From the human T2T-CHM13v2.0 reference genome, Homo sapiens, in assembly GCF_009914755.1 (NCBI RefSeq), contig NC_060937.1: a stretch of 64,000 bases of DNA; one strand, written 5' to 3'. The notes beneath the pieces were generated by a model, which did no database searches, had not been told where the DNA came from, and saw only the letters and a list, made by a program, of their open reading frames with translations. Both the position numbers and the translations under genes were made by a program. Positions within the stretch are counted from its first letter, which is position 1; the number at the start of each line of letters is the position of its first letter. Below, piece after piece: positions 44,201-60,500 of the stretch.

Positions 44201-47200
44201 ACATTATATACTGTACATAAAACATGAAATTACATCAAATATATATTATATTAGGTACATAAAATATGAATGTACATCAAATATAAATTATATACTTTAC
44301 ATAAAATACCAAAGTACCCCAAATATATATTATATACTGTACATGAAATATCAAATTTCACAAACTATATATTATATATTGTACATAAAATATCAAAGTA
44401 ACCAAGGTATATTTTCTATACTGTACAAAAAATATCAAAGTACCCAAAGCATGTATTATATACTGTACATAAAATATGAAAGTACATCAAATATATATTT
44501 TATTCTGTACATAAAATATCAAAGTACACCAAATATATATTCTATAGTGTACATAAAATATCAAAGTACCCAAACTATACATTATATCCTGTACATAAAA
44601 TATCAAATTACATCAAATATATATTATATTAGGTACATAAAATATGAAAGTACATCAAATATAGATTATATACTGTACATAAAATACCAAAGTACCCCAA
44701 ATACATATTATATACTGTATATGAAATATCAAAGTTCACAAACTATATATTATATACTGTACATAAAATATCAAAGTACCCAAGGTATAGATTCTATACT
44801 GTACAAAAAATATCAAAGTACCCAAAGCATGTATTATATACTGTACATAAAATATGAAAGTACATCAAATATATATTTTATTCTGTACATAAAATATCAA
44901 AGTACACCAAATATATATTCTATAGTGTACATAAAATATCAAAGTACCCAAACTATACATTATATCCTGTACATAAAATATCAAATTACATCAAATATAT
45001 ATTATTTTAGGTACATAAAATATGAAAGTACATCAAATATAGATTATATACTGTACATAAAATACCAAAGTACCCCAAATACATATTATATACTGTATAT
45101 GAAATATCAAAGTTCACAAACTATATATTATATACTGTACATAAAATATCAAAGTACCCAAGGTATAGATTCTATACTGTACAAAAAATATCAAAGTACC
45201 CAAAGCATGTATTATATACTGTACATAAAATATGAAAGTACATCAAATATATATTTTATTCTGTACATAAAATATCAAAGTACACCAAATATATATTCTA
45301 TAGTGTACATAAAATATCAAAGTACCCAAACTATACATTATATCCTGTACATAAAATATGAAATTACATCAAATATATATTATATTAGGTACATAAAATA
45401 AGAAAGTACATCAAATATAAATTATATACTGTACATAAAATACCAAAGAACCCCAAATATATATTATATACTGTAGATGAAATATCAAAGTTCACAAACT
45501 ATATATTATATACTGTATATAAAATATCAAAGTACCCAAGGTATATATTCTATACTGTACAAAAAATATCAAAGTATCCAAAGCATGTATTATATACTGT
45601 TTATAAAATATGAAAGTACATCAAATATATATTTTATTCTGTACATAAAATATCAAAGTACACCAAATATATATTCTATAGTGTACATTAAATATCAAAC
45701 TACCCAAACTATACATTATATACTGTACATAAAATATGAAATTACATCAAATATATATTATATTAGGTACATAAAATATGAAAGTACATCAAATATAAAT
45801 TATATACTGTACATAAAATACCAAAGTACACCAGATATATATTTTATACTGTACATGCAATATCAAAGTTCACAAACTATATATTATATACTGTACATAA
45901 AATATCAAAGTACCCAAGGTATATATTCTATACTGTACAAAAAATATAAAAGTACCCAAAGCATGTATTATATACTGTACATAAAATATGATAGTACATC
46001 AAATATATATTTTATTCTGCACATAAAATATCAAAGTACACCAAATATATATTCTATAGTGTACATAAAATATCAAAGTACCCAAACTATACATTATATA
46101 CTGTACATAAAACATGAAATTACATCAAATATATATTATATTAGGTACATAAAATATGAATGTACATCAAATATAAATTATATACTGTACATAAAATACC
46201 AAAGTACCCCAAATATATATTATATACTGTACATGAAATATCAAATTTCACAAACTATATATTATATATTGTACATAAAATATCAAAGTAACCAAGGTAT
46301 ATTTTCTATACTGTACAAAAAATATCAAAGTACCCAAAGCATGTATTATATACTGTACATAAAATATGAAAGTACATCAAATATATATTTTATTCTGTAC
46401 ATAAAATATCAAAGTACACCAAATATATATTCTATAGTGTACATAAAATATCAAAGTACCCAAACTATACATTATATCCTGTACATAAAATATCAAATTA
46501 CATCAAATATATATTATATTAGGTACATAAAATATGAAAGTACATCAAATATAGATTATATACTGTACATAAAATACCAAAGTACCCCAAATACATATTA
46601 TATACTGTATATGAAATATCAAAGTTCACAAACTATATATTATATACTGTACATAAAATATCAAAGTACCCAAGGTATAGATTCTATACTGTACAAAAAA
46701 TATCAAAGTACCCAAAGCATGTATTATATACTGTACATAAAATATGAAAGTACATCAAATATATATTTTATTCTGTACATAAAATATCAAAGTACACCAA
46801 ATATATATTCTATAGTGTACATAAAATATCAAAGTACCCAAACTATACATTATATCCTGTACATAAAATATGAAATTACATCAAATGTATATTATATTAG
46901 GTACATAAAATATGAAAGTACATCAAATATAAATTATATACTGTACATAAAATACCAAAGAACCCCAAATATATATTATATACTGTAGATGAAATATCAA
47001 AGTTCACAAACTATATATTATATACTGTATATAAAATATCAAAGTACCCAAGGTATATATTCTATACTGTACAAAAAATATCAAAGTATCCAAAGCATGT
47101 ATTATATACTGTTTATAAAATATGAAAGTACATCAAATATATATTTTATTCTGTACATAAAATATCAAAGTACACCAAATATATATTCTATAGTGTAGAT

Positions 47201-50200
47201 TAAATATCAAACTACCCAAACTATACATTATATACTGTACATAAAATATGAAATTACATCAAATATATATTATATTAGGTACATAAAATATGAAAGTACA
47301 TCAAATATAAATTATATACTGTACATAAAATACCAAAGTACACCAGATATATATTTTATACTGTACATGCAATATCAAAGTTCACAAACTATATATTATA
47401 TACTGTACATAAAATATCAAAGTACCCAAGGTATATATTCTATACTGTACAAAAAATATAAAAGTACCCAAAGCATGTATTATATACCGTACATAAAATA
47501 TGAAAGTACATCAAATATATATTTTATTCTGTATATAAAATATCAAAGTACACTAAATATATATTCTATAGTGTACATAAAATATCAATGTACCCAAACT
47601 ATACATTATATACTGTACATAAAATATGAAATTACATCAAATATATATTATATTAGGTACATAAAATATGAAAGTACATCAAATATAGATTATATACTGT
47701 ACATAAAATACCAAAGTACCCCAAATGCATATTATATACTGTACATGAAATATCAAACTTCACAAACTATATATTATATACTGTGAATAAAATATCAAAG
47801 TACCCAAGGTACATATTCTATACTGTACAAAAAATATCAAAGTACCCAAAGCATGTATTATATACTGTTCATAAAATATGAAAGTACATCAAATATATAT
47901 TTTATTCTGTACATAAAATATCAAAGTACACCAAATATATATTCTATAGTGTACATTAAGTATCAAACTACCCAAACTATACATTATATACTGTACATAA
48001 AATATGAAATTACATCAAATATATATTATATTAGGTACATAAAATATGAAAGTACATCAAATATAGATTACATACTGTACATAAAATACCAAAGTACCCC
48101 AAATACATATTATATACTGTACATGAAATATCAAAGTTCACAAACTATATATTATATACTGTATATAAAATATCAAAGTACCCAAGGTATATATTCTATA
48201 CTGTACAAAAAATATAAAAGTACCCAAAGCATGTATTATATACTGTTCATAAAATATGAAAGTACATCAAATATATATTTTATTCTGTACATAAAATATC
48301 AAATTACACCAAATATATATTCTATAGTGTACATCAAATATCAAACTACCCAAACTATACATTATATACTGTACATAAAATATGAAATTACATCAAATAT
48401 ATATTATATTAGGTACATAAAATATGAAAGTACATCAAATATATATTATATACTCTACATAAAATACCAAAGTACCCCAAATACATATTATATACTGTAC
48501 ATGCAATATCAAAGTTCACAAACTATATATTATATACTGTACATAAAATATCAAAGTACCGAAGCTATATATTCTATACTGTACAAAAAATATCAAAGTA
48601 CCCAAAGCATGTATTATATACTGTACATAAAATATGAAAGTACATCAAATATATATTTTATTCTGTACATAAAATATCAAAGTACACCAAATATATATTC
48701 TATAGTGTACATAAAATATCAAAGTACCCAAACTATACATTATATACTGTACATAAAATATGAAATTACATCAAATATATATTATATTAGGTACATAAAA
48801 TATGAAAGTACATCAAATATATATTATATACTGTACATAAAATACCAAAGTACCCCAAATACATATTATATACTGTACATGAAATATCAAAGTTCACAAA
48901 CTATATATTATATACTGTACATAAAATATCAAAGTACCCAAGGTATATATTCTATACTGTACAAAAAATATCAAAGTACCAAAAGCATGTATTATATACT
49001 GTACATAAAATATGATAGTACATCAAATATATATTTTATTCTGCACATAAAATATCAAAGTACACCAAATATATATTCTATAGTGTACATAAAATATCAA
49101 AGTACCCAAACTATACATTATATACTGTACATAAAACATGAAATTACATCAAATATATATTATATTAGGTACATAAAATATGAATGTACATCAAATATAA
49201 ATTATATACTGTACATAAAATACCAAAGTACCCCAAATATATATTATATACTGTACATGAAATATCAAATTTCACAAACTATATATTATATATTGTACAT
49301 AAAATATCAAAGTAACCAAGGTATATTTTCTATACTGTACAAAAAATATCAAAGTACCCAAAGCATGTATTATATACTGTACATAAAATATGAAAGTACA
49401 TCAAATATATATTTTATTCTGTACATAAAATATCAAAGTACACCAAATATATATTCTATAGTGTACATAAAATATCAAAGTACCCAAACTATACATTATA
49501 TCCTGTACATAAAATATCAAATTACATCAAATATATATTATATTAGGTACATAAAATATGAAAGTACATCAAATATAGATTATATACTGTACATAAAATA
49601 CCAAAGTATCCCAAATACATATTATATACTGTATATGAAATATCAAAGTTCACAAACTATATATTATATACTGTACATAAAATATCAAAGTACCCAAGGT
49701 ATAGATTCTATACTGTACAAAAAATATCAAAGTACCCAAAGCATGTATTATATACTGTACATAAAATATGAAAGTACATCAAATATATATTTTATTCTGT
49801 ACATAAAATATCAAAGTACACCAAATATATATTCTATAGTGTACATAAAATATCAAAGTACCCAAACTATACATTATATCCTGTACATAAAATATGAAAT
49901 TACATCAAATATATATTATATTAGGTACATAAAATATGAAAGTACATCAAATATAAATTATATACTGTACATAAAATACCAAAGAACCCCAAATATATAT
50001 TATATACTGTACATGCAATATCAAAGTTCACAAACTATATATTATATACTGTACATAAAATATCAAAGTACCCAAGGTATATATTCTATACTGTACAAAA
50101 AATATAAAAGTACCCAAAGCATGTATTATATACCGTACATAAAATATGAAAGTACATCAAATATATATTTTATTCTGTACATAAAATATCAAAGTACACT

Positions 50201-53200
50201 AAATATATATTCTATAGTGTACATAAAATATCAATGTACCCAAACTATACATTATATACTGTACATAAAATATGAAATTACATCAAATATATATTATATT
50301 AGGTACATAAAATATGAAAGTACATCAAATATATATTATATACTGTACATAAAATACCAAAGTACCCCAAATGCATATTATATACTGTACATGAAATATC
50401 AAACTTCACAAACTATATATTATATACTGTGAATAAAATATCAAAGTACCCAAGGTACATATTCTATACTGTACAAAAAATATCAAAGTACCCAAAGCAT
50501 GTATTATATACAGTTCATAAAATATGAAAGTACATCAAATATATATTTTATTCTGTACATAAAATATCAAAGTACACCAAATATATATTCTATAGTGTAC
50601 ATTAAGTATCAAACTACCCAAACTATACATTATATACTGTACATAAAATATGAAATTACATCAAATATATATTATATTAGGTACATAAAATATGAAAGTA
50701 CATCAAATATAGATTACATACTGTACATAAAATACCAAAGTACCCCAAATACATATTATATACTGTACATGAAATATCAAAGTTCACAAACTATATATTA
50801 TATACTGTATATAAAATATCAAAGTACCGAAAGTATATATTCTATACTGTACAAAAAATATCAAAGTACCCAAAGCATGTATTATATACTGTACATAAAA
50901 TATGAAAGTACATCTAATATATATTTTATTCTGTACATAAAATATCAAAGTACACCAAATATATATTCTATAGTGTACATTAAATATCAAACTACCCAAA
51001 CTATACATTATATACTGTACATAAAATATGAAATTACATCAAATATATATTATATTAGGTACATAAAATATGAAAGTACATCAAATATAGATTATATACT
51101 GTACATAAAATACCAAAGTACACCAAATATATATTTTATACTGTACATGCAATATCAAAGTTCACAAGCTATATATTATATATTGTACATAAAATATCAA
51201 AGTACCCAAGGTATATATTCTATACTGTACAAAAAATATCAAAGTACCCTAAGCATGTATTATATACCGTACATAAAATATGAAAGTACATCAAATATAT
51301 ATTTTATTCTGTACATAAAATATCAAAGTACACTAAATATATATTCTATAGTGTACATAAAATATCAAAGTACCCAAACTATACATTATATACTGTACCT
51401 AAAATATGAAATTACATCAAATATATATTATATTAGGTACATAAAATATGAAAGTACATCAAATATATATTATATACTGTACATAAAATACAAAAGTACC
51501 CCAAATACATATTATATACTGTACATGAAATATCAAAGTTCACAAACTATATATTATATACTGTACATAAAATATCAAAGTACCGAAGGTAAATATTCTA
51601 TACTGTACAAAAAATATCAAAGTACCAAAAGCATGTATTATATACTGTACATAAAATATGATAGTACATCAAATATATATTTTATTCTGTACATAAAATA
51701 TCAAAGTACACCAAATATATATTCTATAGTGTACATAAAATATCAAAGTACCCAAACTATACATTATATACTGTACATAAAACATGAAATTACATCAAAT
51801 ATATATTATATTTGGTACATAAAATATGAAAGTACATCAAATATAAATTATATACTGTACATAAAATACCAAAGTACCCCAAATATATATTATATACTGT
51901 ACATGAAATATCAAAGTTCACAAACTATATATTATATACTGTACATAAAATATCAAAGTACCGAAAGTATATATTCTATACTGTACAAAAAATATCAAAG
52001 TACCCAAAGCATGTATTATATACTGTACATACAATATGAAAGTACATCAAATATATATTTTATTCTGTACATAAAATATCAAAGTACACCAAATATATAT
52101 TCTATAGTGTACATAAAATATCAAAGTACCCAAACTATACATTATATACTGTACATAAAATATGAAATTACATCAAATATATATTATATTAGGTACATAA
52201 AATATGAAAGTACATCAAATATAGATTATATACTGTACATAAAATACCAAAGGACCCCAAATATATATTATATACTGCACATGAAATATCAAAGTTCACA
52301 AACTATATATTATATACTGTACATAAAATATCAAAGTACCCAAGGTATATATTCTATACTGTACAAAAAATATCAAAGTACCCAAAGCATGTATTATATA
52401 CTGTTCATAAAATATGAAAGTACATCAAATATATATTTTATTCTGTACATAAAATATCAAAGTACACCAAATATATATTCTATAGTGTACAACAAATATC
52501 AAACTACCCAAACTATACATTATATACTGTACATAAAATATGAAATTACATCAAATATATATTATATTAGGTACATAAAATATGAAAGTACATCAAATAT
52601 ATATTATATACTCTATATAAAATACCAAATTACCCCAAATACATATTATATACTGTACATGCAATATCAACGTTCACAAACCATATATTATATACTGTAC
52701 ATAAAATATCAAAGTACCAAAGCTATATATTCTATACTGTACAAAAAATATCAAAGTACCCAAAGCATGTATTATATACTGTACATAAAATATGAAAGTA
52801 CATCAAATATATATTTTATTCTGTACATAAAATATCAAAATACACCAAATATATATTCTATAGTGTACATAAAATATCAAAGTACCCAAACTATACATTA
52901 TATACTGTACATAAAATATGAAATTACATCAAATATATATTATATTAGGTACATAAAATATGAAAGTACATCAAGTATAAATTATATACTGTACATAAAA
53001 TACCAAAGTACCCCAAATATATATTATATACTGTACATGAAATATCAAAGTTCACAAACTATATATTATATACTGTACATAAAATATCAAAGTACCGAAG
53101 GTATATATTCTATACTGTACAAAAAATATCAAAGTACGCACAACATGAATTATATACTGTACATAAAATATGAAAGTACATCAAATATATATTTTATTCT

Positions 53201-56200
53201 GTACATAAAATATCAAAGTACACCAAATATATATTCTATAGTGTACATAAAATATCAAAGTACCCAAACTATACATTATATACTGTACATAAAATATGAA
53301 ATTACATCAAATATATATTATATTAGGTACATAAAATATGAAAGTACATCAAATATAGATTATATACTGTACATAAAATACTAAAGAACCCCAAATATAT
53401 ATTATATACTGCACATGAAATATCAAAGTTCACAAACTATATATTATATACTGTACATAAAATATCAAAGTACCCAAGGTATATATTCTATACTGTACAA
53501 AAAATATCAAAGTACCCAAAGCATGTATTATATACTGTTCATAAAATATGAAAGTACATCAAATATATATTTTATTCTGTACATAAAATATCAAAGTACA
53601 CCAAATATATATTCTATAGTGTACAACAAATATCAAACTACCCAAACTATACATTATATACTGTACATAAAATATGAAATTACATCAAATATATATTATA
53701 TTAGGTACATAAAATATGAAAGTACATGAAATATAAATTATATAGTGTACATAAAATACCAAAGAACCCCAAATATATATTATATACTGTACATGAAATA
53801 TCAAAGTTCACAAACTATATATTATATATTGTACATAAAATATCAAAGTACCCAAGGTATATATTCTATACTCTACAAAAAATATCAAAGTACCCAAAGC
53901 ATGTATTATATACTGTTCATAAAATATGAAAGTACATCAAATATATATTTTATTCTGTACATAAAATATCAAAGTATACCAAATATATATTCTATAGTGT
54001 ACATTAAATATCAAACTACCCAAACTATACATTATATACTGTGCATAAAATATGAAATTACATCAAATATATATTATATTAGGTACATAAAATATGAAAG
54101 TACATCAAATATAAATTATATACTGTACATAAAATACCAAAGAACCCCAAATATATATTATATACTGTACATGAAATATCAAAGTTCACAAACTATATAT
54201 TATATACTGTACATAAAATATCAAAGTACCCAAGTTATATATTCTATACTGTACAAAAAATATCAAAGTACCCAAAGCATGTATTATATACTGTTCATAA
54301 AATATGAAAGTACATCAAATATATATTTTATTCTGTACATAAAATATCAAAGTACACCAAATATATATTCTATAGTGTACAACAAATATCAAACTACCCA
54401 AACTATACATTATATACTGTACATAAAATATGAAATTACATCAAATATATATTATATTAGGTACATAAAATATGAAAGTACATCAAATATATATTATATA
54501 CTCTACATAAAATACCAAAGTACCCCAAATACATATTATATACTGTACATGCAATATCAAAGTTCACAAACCATATATTATATACTGTACATAAAATATC
54601 AAAGTACCAAAGCTATATATTCTATACTGTACAAAAAATATCAAAGTACCCAAAGCATGTATTACATACTGTACATAAAATATGAAAGTACATCAAATAT
54701 ATATTTTATTCTGTACATAAAATATCAAACTACACCAGATATATATTCTATAGTGTACATAAAATATCAAAGTACCCAAACTATACATTATATACTGTAC
54801 ATAAAATATGAAATTACATCAAATATATATTATATTAGGTACATAAAATATGAAAGTACATCAAATATATATTATATACTGTACATAAAATACAAAAGTA
54901 CCCCAAATACATATTATATACTGTACATTGAATATCAAAGTTCACAAACTATATATTATATACTGTACATAAAATATCAAAGTACCGAAGGTATATATTC
55001 TATACTGTAAAAAAATATCAAAGTACGCAAAGCATGTATTATATACTGTACATAAAATATGAAAGTACATCAAATATATATTTTATTCTGTACATAAAAT
55101 ATCAAAGTACACCAAATATATATTCTATAGTGTACATAAAATATCAAAGTACCCAAACTATACATTATATACTGTACATAAAATATGAAATTACATCAAA
55201 TATATATTATAATAGGTACATAAAATATGAAAGTACATCAAATATAAATTATATACTGTACATAAAATACCACAGAACCCCAAATATATATTATATACTG
55301 TACATGAAATATCAAAGTTCACAAACTATATATTATATACTGTATATAAAATATCAAAGTACCCAAGTTATATATTCTATACTGTACAAAAAATATCAAA
55401 GTACCCAAAGCATGTATTATATACTGTTCATAAAACATGAAAGTACATCAAATATATATTTTATTCTGTACATAAAATATCAAAGTACACCAAATATATA
55501 TTCTATAGTGTACATTAAATATCAAAATACCCAAACTGTACATTATATACTGTACATAAAATATGAAATTACATCAAATATATATTATATTAGGTACATA
55601 AAATATGAAAGTACATCAAATATAGATTACATACTGTACAAAAAATACCAAAGTACCCCAAATACATATTATATACTGTACATGAAATATCAAAGTTCAC
55701 AAACTATATATTATATACTGTACATAAAATATCAAAGTACCGAAGGTATATATTCTATACTGTACAAAAAATATCAAAGTACCCAAAGCATGTATTATAT
55801 ACTGTACATAAAATATGAAAGTACATCAAATATATATTTTATTCTGTACATAAAATATCAAAGTACACCAAATATATATTCTATAGTGTACATAAAATAT
55901 CAAAAGTACCCAAACTATACATTATATACTGTACATAAAATATGAAATTACATCAAATATATATTATAATAGGTACATAAAATATGAAAGTACATCAAAT
56001 ATAGATTATATACTGTACATAAAATACCAAAGAACCCCAAATATATATTATATACTGTACATGAAATATCAAAGTTCACAAACTATATATTATATACTGT
56101 ATATAAAATATCAAAGTACCCAAGGTATATATTCTATACTGTACAAAAAATATCAAAGTACCCAAAGCATGTATTATATACTGTTCATAAAATATGAAAG

Positions 56201-57500
56201 TACATCAAATATATATTTTATTCTGTACATAAAATATCAAAGTACACCAAATATATATTCTATAGTGTACATAAAATATCAAAGTACCCAAACCATACAT
56301 TATATACTGTACATAAAATATGAAATTACATCAAATATATATTATATTAGGTACATAAAATATGAAAGTACATCAAATATAGATTACATACTGTACATAA
56401 AATACCAAAGTACCCCAAATACATATTATATACTGTTCATGAAATATCAAAGTTCACAAACTAAATATTATATACTATACATAAAATATCAAAGTACCGA
56501 AAGTATATATTCTATACTGTACAAAAAATATCAAAGTACCCAAAGCATGTATTATATGCGGTACATACAATATGAAAGTACATCAAATATATATTTTATT
56601 CTGTACATAAAATATCAAAGTACACCAAATATATATTCTATAGTGTACATAAAATATCAAAGTACCCAAACTATACATTATATACTGTACATAAAATATG
56701 AAATTACATCAAATATATATTATATTAGGTACATAAAATATGAAAGTACATCAAATATAGATTATATACTGTACATAAAATACCAAAGAACCCCAAATAT
56801 ATATTATATACTGTACATGAAATATCAAAGTTCACAAACTATATATTATATACTGTACATAAAATATCAAAGTACCCAAGGTATATATTCTATACTGTAC
56901 AAAAAATATCAAAGTACCCAAAGCATGTATTATATACTGTTCATAAAATATGAAAGTACATCAAATATATATTTTATTCTGTACATAAAATATCAAAGTA
57001 CACCAAATATATATTCTATAGTGTACATCAAATATCAAACTACCCAAACTATACATTATATACTGTACATAAAATATGAAATTACATCAAATATATATTA
57101 TATTAGGTACATAAAATATGAAAGTACATCAAATACATATTATATACTCTACATAAAATACCAAAGTACCCCAAATACATATTATATACTGTACATGCAA
57201 TATCAAAGTTCACAAACTATATATTATATACTGTACATAAAATATCAAAGTACCAAAGCTATATATTCTATACTGTACAAAAAATATCAAAGTACCCAAA
57301 GCATGTATTATATACTGTACATAAAATATGAAAGTACATCAAATATATATTTTATTCTGTACATAAAATATCAAAGTACACCAAATATATATTCTATAGT
57401 GTACATAAAATATCAAAGTACCCAAACTATACATTATACACTGTACATAAAATATGAAATTACGTCAAATATATATTATATTAGGTACATAAAATATGAA
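40430..57500 (+). repeat. Pure 378 bp 9-mer sub-array with distinct diagnostic variants
   Basis: No 5 bp-deleted units seen between ~40220 and ~58225. Monomer 5 reads ACACCAAAT (exception ~54735) and monomer 9 reads AAATACCAAAG. Marker spacings are exact multiples of 378 (1512, 1890, 2646, 3024, 3402, 4914). Confidence 0.85.
41200..48350 (+). repeat. Block duplication at 4,914 bp (13 x 378) offset within the pure-378 domain (~41.2-43.4 kb and ~46.1-48.35 kb)
   Basis: Shared variants: CTGTAGATG (ORF starts 42075/46989), CTGTGAATAA (42870/47784), AAACATGAAAT (41199/46113), ORF starts 42939/47853; all differ by 4914. Confidence 0.8.
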
Positions 57501-60500
57501 AGTACATCAAATATAGATTATATACTGTACATGAAATACCAAAGTACCCGAAATATATATTTTATACAGTACATGAAATATCAAAGTTCACAAAATATAT
57601 ATTATATACTGTACATAAAATATCAAAGTACCCATGGTATATATTCTATACTGTACAAAAAATATGAAAGTACCCAAAGCATGTATTATATACTGTACAT
57701 AAAATATGAAAGTACATCAAATATATATTTTATTCTGTACATAAAATATCAAAGTACACCAGATATATATTCTATAGTGTTCATAAAATATAAAAGTACC
57801 CAAACTATACATTATATACTGTACATAAAATATGAAATTACATCAAATATATATTATATTAGGTACATAAAATATGAAAGTACATCAAATATAGATTATA
57901 TACTGTACATAAAATATCAAAGTACCCCTAATATATATTATATACTCTACATGAAATGTCAAAGTTCACAAACTATATATTATATACTGTACATAAAATA
58001 TCAAAGTACCCAAGGTATGTATTCTATACTGTCCAAAAAATATCAAAGTATCCAAAGCATGTATTATATACTGTATATAAAATATGAAAGTACATTAAAT
58101 ATATATTTTATTCTGTACATAAAATATCAAAGTACACCAGATATATATTCTATAGTGTACATAAAATAACAAAGTACACAAACTATAAATTATATACTGT
58201 ACATAAAATATGAAATTACATCAAATATATTTTAGGTACATAAAATATGAAAGTACATCAAATATAGATTATATACTGTACATATAATATTAATGTACCC
58301 CAAATATATATTTTATACTCTACATGAAATATCAAAGTTCACAAACCATACATTATATACTGTACATAAAATATCAAAGTACCCAAGGTATATATTCTAT
58401 ACTGTACAAAAAATATCAAAGTACCCAAAGCATGTATTTTATACTGTACATAAAATATGAAAGTACATCAAATATATATTTTATTCTGTACATAAAATAT
58501 CAAAGTACACCAGATATATATTCTATAGTGTACATAAAATATCAAAGTACCCAAACTATACATTATATACTGTACATAAAATATGAAATTACATCAAATA
58601 TATATTAGGTACATAAAATATGAAAGTACATCAAATATAGATTATATACTGTACATAAAATATCAATGTACCCCAAATATATATTATATGCTCTATATGA
58701 AATATCAAAGTTCACAAACTATATATTATATACTGTACATAAAATATCAAAGTACCCTAGGTATATATTCTATACTGTACAAAAAATATCAAAGTACCCA
58801 AAGCATGTATTATATACTGTACATAAAATATGAAAGTACATCAAATATATATTTTATTCTGTACATAAAATATCAAAGTACACCAGATATATATTCTCTA
58901 GTGTACATAAAATATCAAAGTACCCAAACTATACATTATGTACTGTACATAAAATATGAAATTACATCAAATATATATTTTATTCTGTACATAAAATATC
59001 AAAGTACCCCAAATGTATATTATATACTGTACATGAAATATCAAAGTTCCCAAACTATATATTATATACTGTACATAAAATATGAATGTATCCAATGTAT
59101 ATATTCTATACTGTACAAAAAATATCAAAGTACCCAAACCATGTATTTTATACTGTACATAAAATATGAAAGTACATCAAATATATATTTTATTCTGTAC
59201 ATAAAATATCAAAGTACACCAGATATATATTCTATAGTGTACATAAAATATCAAAGTACCCAAACTATACATTATACACTGTACATAAAATATGAAATTA
59301 CATCAAATATATATTAGGTACATAAAATATGAAAGTACATCAAATATAGATTATATACTGTACATAAAATATCAAAGTACCCCAAATATATATTATATAC
59401 TCTACATGAAATATCAAAGTTCACAAACTATATATTATATACTGTACATAAAATATCAAAGTACCCAAGGTATATATTCTATACTGTACAAAAAATATCA
59501 AAGTACCCAAAGCATGTATTATATACTGTACATAAAATATGAAAGTACATCAAATATATATTTTATTCTGTACATAAAATATCAAAGTACACCAGATATA
59601 TATTCTATAGTGTACATAAAATAACAAAGTACACAAACTATAAAATATATACTGTACATAAAATGTGAAATTACATCAAATATATATTAGGTACATAATA
59701 TATGAAAGTACATCAAATATAGATTATATACTGTACATAAAATATCAATGTACCCCAAATATATATTTTATACTCTACATGAAATATCAAAGTTCACAAA
59801 CCATATATTATATACTGTACATAAAATATCAAAGTACCCAAGGTATATATTCTATACTGTACAAAAAATATCAAAGTACCCAAGCATGTATTATATACTG
59901 TACATAAAATATGAAACTACATCAAATATATATTTTATTCTGTACATAAAATATCAAAGTACACCAGACATATATTCTATAGTGTACATAAAATATCAAA
60001 GTACCCAAACCATACATTATATACTGTACATAAAATATGAAATTACATCAAATATATATTATATTAGGTACATAAAATATGAAAGCACATCAAATATAGA
60101 TTATATACTGTACATTAAATACCAAAGTACCCCAAACATATATTTTATACTGTACATCAAATATCAAAGTTCACAAACTATATATTATATACTGTACATA
60201 AAATATCAAAGTAGCCATGGTATACATTCTATACTGTACAAAAAATATCAAAATACCAAAAGCATGTATTATATACTGTACATAAAATATGAAAGTACAT
60301 CAAATATATATTTTATTCTGTACATAAAATATCAAAGTACACCAGATATATATTCTATAGTGTACATAAAATATAAAAGTACCCAAACTATACATTATAT
60401 ACTGTACATAAAATATGAAATTACATCAAATATATATTATATTAGGTACATAAAATATGAAAGTACATCAAATATAGATTATATACTGTACATAAAATAT

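Noticed and set aside
23935-51008. Short minus-strand ORFs (68-78 aa)
   Set aside because: Reverse-complement satellite translations opened by chance loss of a stop codon.
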